Assembly: GCA_965248925.1 (NCBI GenBank)
Contig: CBDFLE010000006.1
Span: forward strand, 1,536,001-1,600,000
DNA: 64,000 nucleotides
Direction of reading: 5' to 3'
Origin: Candidatus Multivoradales bacterium
Lineage (GTDB): Bacteria; Acidobacteriota; Thermoanaerobaculia; Multivoradales; J023
The notes below the pieces were generated by a model, which saw only the letters and a program-made list of their open reading frames with translations, did no database searches and was not told the origin of the DNA. Below are positions 55,488-61,505 of this stretch, in pieces (position 1 is the stretch's first letter; each line of letters begins with the position of its first letter). The position numbers and the translations under genes were made by a program.

Positions 55488-55808
55488 ATGAAGAGCCAAC
55501 CGATCCAGACCAAGCGACAGCTGACTCAGCGCCTGCACCACCTGGAAAGCCAGCTGCGGGAGCTGGGCGTAAGACGCCTGGCGCTCTTCGGTTCCTTTAT
55601 ACGCGATCAGCAGAACGCCAGCAGTGACGTGGACCTGCTGGTGGAATTCGAACCCTCAGCCAAGAGCTTCGACAATTTCATGGCCATCGCCGAGTTACTC
55701 GAAAACACCCTCCATCGGCGAGTCGAGCTAGTCACCAGGGAGGCCCTCAGTCCGTACCTTGGCCCCCGGATCCTCAGCGAGAGTCAAGATGTCCTACTCG
55801 CCGCGTGA
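55488..55808 (+). CDS. mntA: Minimal nucleotidyltransferase (MNT) antitoxin
   Basis: FGSFIRDQQNASSDVDLLV (GSx10DxD). Confidence 0.88.
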   Translation: MKSQPIQTKRQLTQRLHHLESQLRELGVRRLALFGSFIRDQQNASSDVDLLVEFEPSAKSFDNFMAIAELLENTLHRRVELVTREALSPYLGPRILSESQDVLLAA

Positions 55809-56127
55809 CTACCTGCGACACATGCTCGACGAAGCCGACTACCTCTGCGCACACTCCGCAAACCTCAGTCGCGCAGATTTCCTGACCGATGAGACACTGC
55901 GCCGGGCCTTCGTCCGTTGCCTCGAGATCATCGGCGAGGCGGCGAAGAAGATGCCCTCAGAGTTCGTCAAGACCCATCCAGACGTCGAGTGGCGCGCCAT
56001 GGCAGGAACGCGCGACCGATTGATCCACGGCTACTTCGGAGTTGACTATGAGCTGGTCTGGGACGTGGTGTTGAACAAGATTCCCAAACTCCGAGAGAGA
56101 ATCCGGGAGCTGCTGCAAGCCCGCTAG
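55789..56127 (+). CDS. hepT: HEPN (DUF86) RNase toxin
   Basis: LEIIGEA, RDRLIHGY (Rx4HxY); overlaps the MNT gene. Confidence 0.9.
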   Translation: MSYSPRDYLRHMLDEADYLCAHSANLSRADFLTDETLRRAFVRCLEIIGEAAKKMPSEFVKTHPDVEWRAMAGTRDRLIHGYFGVDYELVWDVVLNKIPKLRERIRELLQAR

Positions 56128-56154
56128 CATCCGCCTCCCGGGAGGTGACTGGCT

Positions 56155-56196
56155 CTTCTTTGGCCGGCACTTCTTTGGCCGGCACTTCTTTGGCCG
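56155..56196. repeat. Tandem repeat, ~2.8 x 15 bp (CTTCTTTGGCCGGCA)
   Basis: Visible directly, at the junction with the clpB duplicate. Confidence 0.85.
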
Positions 56197-56633
56197 AGAA
56201 CGCCTCCGCCAACAGCTTGCTGCGCGAAGAGGTCACCGCCAACGAGATCGCCGACATCGTCTGCAAATGGACCGGCATTCCGGCCACCCGCCTGGTCGAA
56301 GGCGAGCGCGACAAGCTGCTGCACCTCGACGAATTGCAGCAGATCGTCGAGCTGCTGATCCAAGACCTGCGCGGCCGCCTCGCCGAGCGCCACATCGGCC
56401 TCGAGCTCAGCGTCGCGGCCCGCGAGCACATCGCCCGCGAAGCCTACGACCCGGTCTACGGCGCCCGGCCCCTCAAGCGCTTCCTCCAGCACCAGCTGGA
56501 GACCAAGATCGGCCGCGCCCTGATCGCCGGCGAGATCGGCGAAAGAGGCACCATCGAAGTCGGGCTGGCAGACGGCCAGCTGGCGGTCACCCTGCGCAGC
56601 GCTGAAGTCGAAGCAGAGGCAGTCACCGCTTGA
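56192..56633 (+). pseudogene. clpB: Partial, internally deleted duplicate of the clpB 3' region
   Basis: Matches clpB ~54263-54403 joined to 55020-55328; most of NBD2 is missing. An ORF could start at GTG 56145. Confidence 0.85.
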
Positions 56634-56697
56634 TAGGCGGTGGAAATGGGAAGCCCTGCTCTGCAGATCTAGAACAAACACTACCTACGAAACGTCT

Positions 56698-57864
56698 TTA
56701 CCCAGCGATGCTCCCCACCGGCGTCGCGACGACGCCGAAGACCAGCACATGGCCCGGTGGCGATTTTATGAAGATCTTGAATACGTCTTCTTGCTTGATG
56801 ATCGACAGACTCAATGTCGGCCGACGACTCTTGCCTGGCGCTGGCGGAATGGCAAAGAGGGGGGCGATGCCTTCTGCCGCCGCTTGCTGCAGGGCTTTCT
56901 GCTCCTGGTCGCTGAAATCGGCGTGGGACTCCAGCTCGATATCGACCCCGTCTACCAACACGACTCTGGTGACCAGCCGCTGCAGGCTGCCCGAGGGCCC
57001 GAAGGTCTGCTCCCAAGTGGGCTTGATGCCGGCCGGCCACACCGGTTCCCCGTGGGTCTGGAATGCCAGATCCAGGGCCGCTGAGCTGTACCAGGCCGGG
57101 TAGAGCTTGTCGCCCACCTGCTGACGGCTTTGCAGGGGCTGGGCAGCGACTCCGGTTTGATGGTCGAAGACCGCGCTGCCGGTGACCCGCTGGGCAGCCA
57201 GCTTGAGCAGCGCGGACTTGGTGTGGCGATGGGTCTGGGCATCGGAGATGCTGGCCAGACTGCCGGCCAGCCAGGCGGGAAAAACGGGCTTCGCGGTGCC
57301 GAGCCGTGGCGTGCTATCGATCGAGAAACGATAGCTCGGCGCCTGGCTCACCGCGGCGCGGGCGTCGGTGATCGACTTGCTGAAAGCGTAGCTGCCGTGG
57401 GCCTCGATGAACCGGGCTTGCGCTACCGGCACCGTGCTGAAGAGGATCCCACTGTAGGCACTGATCGCTCGCTCGGCCCGCGTCGGATCGGCAATCGTGC
57501 TCCTCGCCCAGCCGCTGAATAGCTCGAGCATGCCACCGGCTGGAATCTCGGGGCCGGACTCGAGGAAGCTCACCCAGCGCGGGTAGTCGTCGCCGACCGC
57601 TTGGCGCCACTCTGTGCCAAACTGCGGAATAATCAGATTGACCACCGCACCATAGCAGTCTGAGAAGCGGCTGAAGGTGGGCTCGTAGTAGTGGCCGCCG
57701 GTGTCGGCGGGGATCACGTCGTAGAAGCTCCACAACTCCCGCGAGCTCACCCCCGGCGGTGTCATCGAGCCAGCGATCAAGAAGCTCAGCGGCGACAGGC
57801 CGAAGGCCTTCACCACCGCGTCAAACCAGACTTGCTGCAGATCCTCGCCCGAACTCAGAGCCAT
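56698..57864 (-). CDS. Paralog of 57973-59187; putative pore-former-fold protein with degenerate hairpins
   Basis: Shared blocks LW..YD.IP, SRFSD.Y..V, YP.WV, GGML.LF..WA, PAW.SSAAL..AFQ, VWP...W..TFG.SG.L.R, SP.G..LV.G; GAGG before ATG 57864. Confidence 0.75.
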   Translation of the reverse strand: MALSSGEDLQQVWFDAVVKAFGLSPLSFLIAGSMTPPGVSSRELWSFYDVIPADTGGHYYEPTFSRFSDCYGAVVNLIIPQFGTEWRQAVGDDYPRWVSFLESGPEIPAGGMLELFSGWARSTIADPTRAERAISAYSGILFSTVPVAQARFIEAHGSYAFSKSITDARAAVSQAPSYRFSIDSTPRLGTAKPVFPAWLAGSLASISDAQTHRHTKSALLKLAAQRVTGSAVFDHQTGVAAQPLQSRQQVGDKLYPAWYSSAALDLAFQTHGEPVWPAGIKPTWEQTFGPSGSLQRLVTRVVLVDGVDIELESHADFSDQEQKALQQAAAEGIAPLFAIPPAPGKSRRPTLSLSIIKQEDVFKIFIKSPPGHVLVFGVVATPVGSIAG

Positions 57865-57972
57865 CGCCAACCTCGCCAGATAGTCCGGATATTCTACGGA
57901 GAAAAGAGCGCGAGCCCGCAATCGCTGGCAGCGATTCCGGGCTCGCCTTCACATCGGCAAAGACACAGAGAT

Positions 57973-59187
57973 TCAGCTGAAGATGTCTTCGATCGGTAGT
58001 ACGTTGGCGCCGAGCACCAGCGGGCTACCCTTGGGGCTGGTGGCGGTCACCACCATCTTGCCGCTGTCGTCGAAGGTCACGTCGTTGGTGAAGCCACCGG
58101 AGACATCGGCGCGGAAGAAGGGCCACACACCGCCACTGGCCTGGCCGGTGATCTTCTGCCGCTCCTCAGTGCTGAAAGTAGCCGTCGACGACATGGTCAT
58201 GGTCATGCCGTCGCCGACCACCAGATTGGTGGCGAAGCGCTTGAGATTGCCGCTGGCACCGAAGGTCGAGTCCCAAGAGGCCGCGCCGTCGACCGGCCAC
58301 ACATCGTTGCCCTTGTTCTGGAAGGCGAAGTTGAGCGCCGCCGAGCTGAACCAGGCGGGGAAGTCCTTGCTACCGACGAAAGTCTTGGTCTGCAGCGGCG
58401 CGGCGGCGAAGGAGATCACGTTGTCAAACTTCACGTCGATGGTGACCTCGCTGCCGCCGAAGGTCGCATTGACCTGGTCGAAGCTGCTGCTGCCACCACC
58501 CCACAGGAAGCGAAAGGCGCCGCTGATCGAGCCCTTGGCCCAGGTGTGCTGAATGCTGCTGCTGGCGGTGCTGCTGTCGAAGGAATATCCCTGGCTCGGC
58601 CCCTGCTTGACCGCCGAGCGCAGGTCGTCGATGCTCTTGTCGTACGCGTAAACTCCGGCCGCACTGATGAAGCGACCCTGGGCCGTGGGCACCACTCCGT
58701 TGAGAATCTGGCTGTAAAGGGTGATTGCTTTCTGTGCCTTGGCGGGATCCTCGATGTTCAGCTGCGCCCAGTTGGTGAACAAGGTCAGCATGCCGCCGCT
58801 GGGTAGGGGATCGCCACTCTGACGAAAACCGTCGAGGTAAGTCACCCAATCGGGGTAGGTGTCGGCCAGAACCTGCTTCCAGGCCAGCGCACCGGAGGGC
58901 AGAATGGTGTTGATCACGCCGCTGTAGTTGTCCGAGAAACGGCTGATCTGCGAAGGCTCGGCCATCTGGGTGACCGACAGGGGCGGGATCGAATCGTAGA
59001 TCGCCCACAGCGCGGTCGACAGGTTGCCCAGCTGGACATTGCTCTGATAGATCTGGAACGTTTGATCTGAGAGATTCAGACCGGTCACCATGGTGTTGTA
59101 CCACTTCTCGGTGAGGGTCTTCATCGCATCTGCGCCGGAGCTTCCGGCGGTCTTGACTTGAGGTTTGGCGTAAGTTGTCGTGCTCAT
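57973..59187 (-). CDS. Hypothetical protein with MACPF/CDC/gasdermin-like beta-pore-former patterns
   Basis: Two Gly/Ser/aromatic amphipathic segments (GSISGAFRFLWGGGSSSF; GQASGGVWPFFRADVSGGF) flanking FGASGNLKRFATNLVVGDG; no signal peptide. The ORF is solid; the fold is inferred. Confidence 0.7.
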   Translation of the reverse strand: MSTTTYAKPQVKTAGSSGADAMKTLTEKWYNTMVTGLNLSDQTFQIYQSNVQLGNLSTALWAIYDSIPPLSVTQMAEPSQISRFSDNYSGVINTILPSGALAWKQVLADTYPDWVTYLDGFRQSGDPLPSGGMLTLFTNWAQLNIEDPAKAQKAITLYSQILNGVVPTAQGRFISAAGVYAYDKSIDDLRSAVKQGPSQGYSFDSSTASSSIQHTWAKGSISGAFRFLWGGGSSSFDQVNATFGGSEVTIDVKFDNVISFAAAPLQTKTFVGSKDFPAWFSSAALNFAFQNKGNDVWPVDGAASWDSTFGASGNLKRFATNLVVGDGMTMTMSSTATFSTEERQKITGQASGGVWPFFRADVSGGFTNDVTFDDSGKMVVTATSPKGSPLVLGANVLPIEDIFS

Positions 59188-59461
59188 TGATTATCCCTTT
59201 CATTGTGACAGCGACTTGATGAAACACCCACATTTCGATCATGCCGGCCGCCGGTTTCAGTTGCGATCGCGGAGACCGTGACTACGAGCCACCATCTTCC
59301 TTGTGCTGTCGCATTAGGTTCTGCCTGGATACTGCTGCGAGATCGCGGGCTATCTCAGGTCAAGATAAGAATCTTTCGACCGACAACGAGAGAGCCCTCT
59401 GGAGCGCTCTCCAACAAGGACTCTGAGGAGCCGACAGAAGGGCAGGAAAAGGGGAGATCGG

Positions 59462-60217
59462 TCAGCGAGCGATCAGCACGCGGAAGGAGAAATGCGCTAC
59501 AGGAGTAGCATCACCGGCTTCTACCCGGACCACGTAGTCGCCAGCAGAGAGCCATGACGAGTGCAGGCTCAGGACCAGGGAATCGAGATAGTTGGGTTCT
59601 AGACCCTGGCGTTGCCATGCCTGCTGCTCGCCGCGCCACAGGGTGACCTGGTAGCTGTCGTATTCGACCAGTCCAAGCTCCAGGGAAAGCACCAGCCACT
59701 CGGGAGCGGCAGACAAGCGCACGATGTGGCTGGGTTCAAGATCACCCAGGGCAGTGCCGCGCTCGGCGCTGAGTGAGAAGAGGGCAGTGTTGATCTGCGG
59801 CTCGTAGACCCGATCCGGGACCGCCGCGGCCAGCGGCTGGTGCTGGCGAAGGGCGGCCAGAGTCGAGTGCGCGTGGTCGAGCTGGCGACCGAGCTGGCGC
59901 TGGTTGCGAACCAGCAGACCTGCGGGCAGCAGGGCAACCAGGAGAAATGCCATGACCAGCAAACCAGCCCGCGGCGAGCGTAGCAGCCGGCCCAACCAGG
60001 CGAGCCGGCCCAAGTGCTGAGCAGTGGCAATGCGGGTCGCGTCTTCGGCCACCGCCCGCTTGAGTCCGCGCTGTAGCTTCTCGGCAACTTCGAGCTGACC
60101 GAGGCAATCCTGGCAATCCAGGTAGTGCTCTTCGAAGCGCCGAGCCTCCCCGGCCGGCAGCTGGTGCATCAGGTAACGATCGATCAGCTGCTGCTCTTCG
60201 ATGTAGCTATGTTCCAT
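59462..60217 (-). CDS. Membrane-spanning zinc anti-sigma factor (ZAS/zf-HC2) with Ig-like C-terminal domain
   Basis: FEEHYLDCQDC (Hx3Cx2C); TM GLLVMAFLLVALLPAGLLV; beta-rich C-terminus ending GDYVVRV. Confidence 0.88.
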   Translation of the reverse strand: MEHSYIEEQQLIDRYLMHQLPAGEARRFEEHYLDCQDCLGQLEVAEKLQRGLKRAVAEDATRIATAQHLGRLAWLGRLLRSPRAGLLVMAFLLVALLPAGLLVRNQRQLGRQLDHAHSTLAALRQHQPLAAAVPDRVYEPQINTALFSLSAERGTALGDLEPSHIVRLSAAPEWLVLSLELGLVEYDSYQVTLWRGEQQAWQRQGLEPNYLDSLVLSLHSSWLSAGDYVVRVEAGDATPVAHFSFRVLIAR

Positions 60218-60247
60218 GATTGCACCGCGCTTTGCAAAGACTACTCA

Positions 60248-60856
60248 TCAGCGTCTCTCCCTGACCAGGCGCCGCTGCTTGTCGGCCCGCTCGAGCAATG
60301 ACTTGTAGCGCTGCCGGGCACGAAACAAAACTCTGTTGAAGTGCAGGCTCGACAGCTCGAGGTCGGCACAGATCCGTTCCTTGGCCTCTTCGACAATGTA
60401 GAAGCGGTAGAGCAGCTGGCGATCACGGTCGGGCTCGAGTTGGTCGATCAGCCGCCGCACCAGGGCGGCTTCTTCATCCAGCAAGACTCGGCTGAGCTGG
60501 TTCGGCGCCGGATCGGCCGGTGGCTCGGCCTGCTCGAGGTCGTCGGTCTTGCGCCGGGTCGTCTTGCGGTAGTCAGCGATGAAGAGATTGCGCGCCGTGC
60601 GATTGAGAAACCCTGCCAGACGCTCGGGATCGGCTAAGCCGGCACCGCGCAGGCGTTCGAGCACGATGCGAAAGGCATCTTGATGGAGATCGTCGGCGAG
60701 GTCCGGATTACCGGTCATGCGGCGCAGCATGAATAGCAAGCCGCGGCTGTAGCGCGCCACCATATCGGTTTCCGCCGCCGGCTCGCCAGCAGCGATTCGA
60801 CGTACCAGAAAGGCGGCGGTCTGAGCTTCGCCCTGGGTGGCTGGATCCTCGCGCAT
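60248..60856 (-). CDS. ECF-type RNA polymerase sigma factor
   Basis: ADDLHQDAF region 2 (...TARNL); region 4 RQLLYRFY...RICADL...VLFRARQR; directly upstream of the anti-sigma. Confidence 0.9.
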   Translation of the reverse strand: MREDPATQGEAQTAAFLVRRIAAGEPAAETDMVARYSRGLLFMLRRMTGNPDLADDLHQDAFRIVLERLRGAGLADPERLAGFLNRTARNLFIADYRKTTRRKTDDLEQAEPPADPAPNQLSRVLLDEEAALVRRLIDQLEPDRDRQLLYRFYIVEEAKERICADLELSSLHFNRVLFRARQRYKSLLERADKQRRLVRERR

Positions 60857-60980
60857 CGGTTGAGGAGAGATTCTAGCCGGAATACCGCGGTGCGACAAGG
60901 ATGGCGAAGGAGCGATCGGTCGATGGCCGCGTTCCCCTGACCGACCGCAGTATTCGGTGCTCAACATAGCCCGTTGCTCT

Positions 60981-61319
60981 TCATTCCTCGTTGGCGTCCC
61001 ACTCTCCAGGTTCTTCCAGGGGATGGACTCCGCCCTTCAGTCCCTGAGCGTGGAGACTGCCATCCGACTCCAGTGAGATAGCCCAATAGGTGTCGACCTG
61101 CTTGAAGTGAAACACCAGCTTGCCAGCCACCAGCTCGAGTTCCGCTTGGCGCCAATCCTCAGCGATACGATCTCTGGACCCCCTCGCCTTGATCTTGAAG
61201 TACTTGCGCTCCGGCTCGGTGACCTCGTAGATCAAGAACTGCTGAGTCATGGGCATACCGACCTTGGGCGATGCTCTGGTGACCTTCCACTTCTTGACGA
61301 ACCCTAGTCCTCCCAACAT
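60981..61319 (-). CDS. Small hypothetical protein (112 aa) between CHAT and sigma
   Basis: GGAG before ATG 61319 (alternative start 61409); beta-rich; ends PGEWDANEE. Confidence 0.65.
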   Translation of the reverse strand: MLGGLGFVKKWKVTRASPKVGMPMTQQFLIYEVTEPERKYFKIKARGSRDRIAEDWRQAELELVAGKLVFHFKQVDTYWAISLESDGSLHAQGLKGGVHPLEEPGEWDANEE

Positions 61320-61505
61320 GCTCGCTCCATTCCTCACTAGCGCCCTCTCGCTCCAGCTCGGCTGAGAAATCGGGCGGGTCTCGGTGGATACGCTCAGTCC
61401 ATAAGTCATCGCGATTTCCTCGCAGGTCCGACGAGCTCGTCATTGAACGCCGTCTTTCACTGTCTACCTGCTGCCAATCGCGGTTCTATCTCAGTATTTC
61501 TCCGC

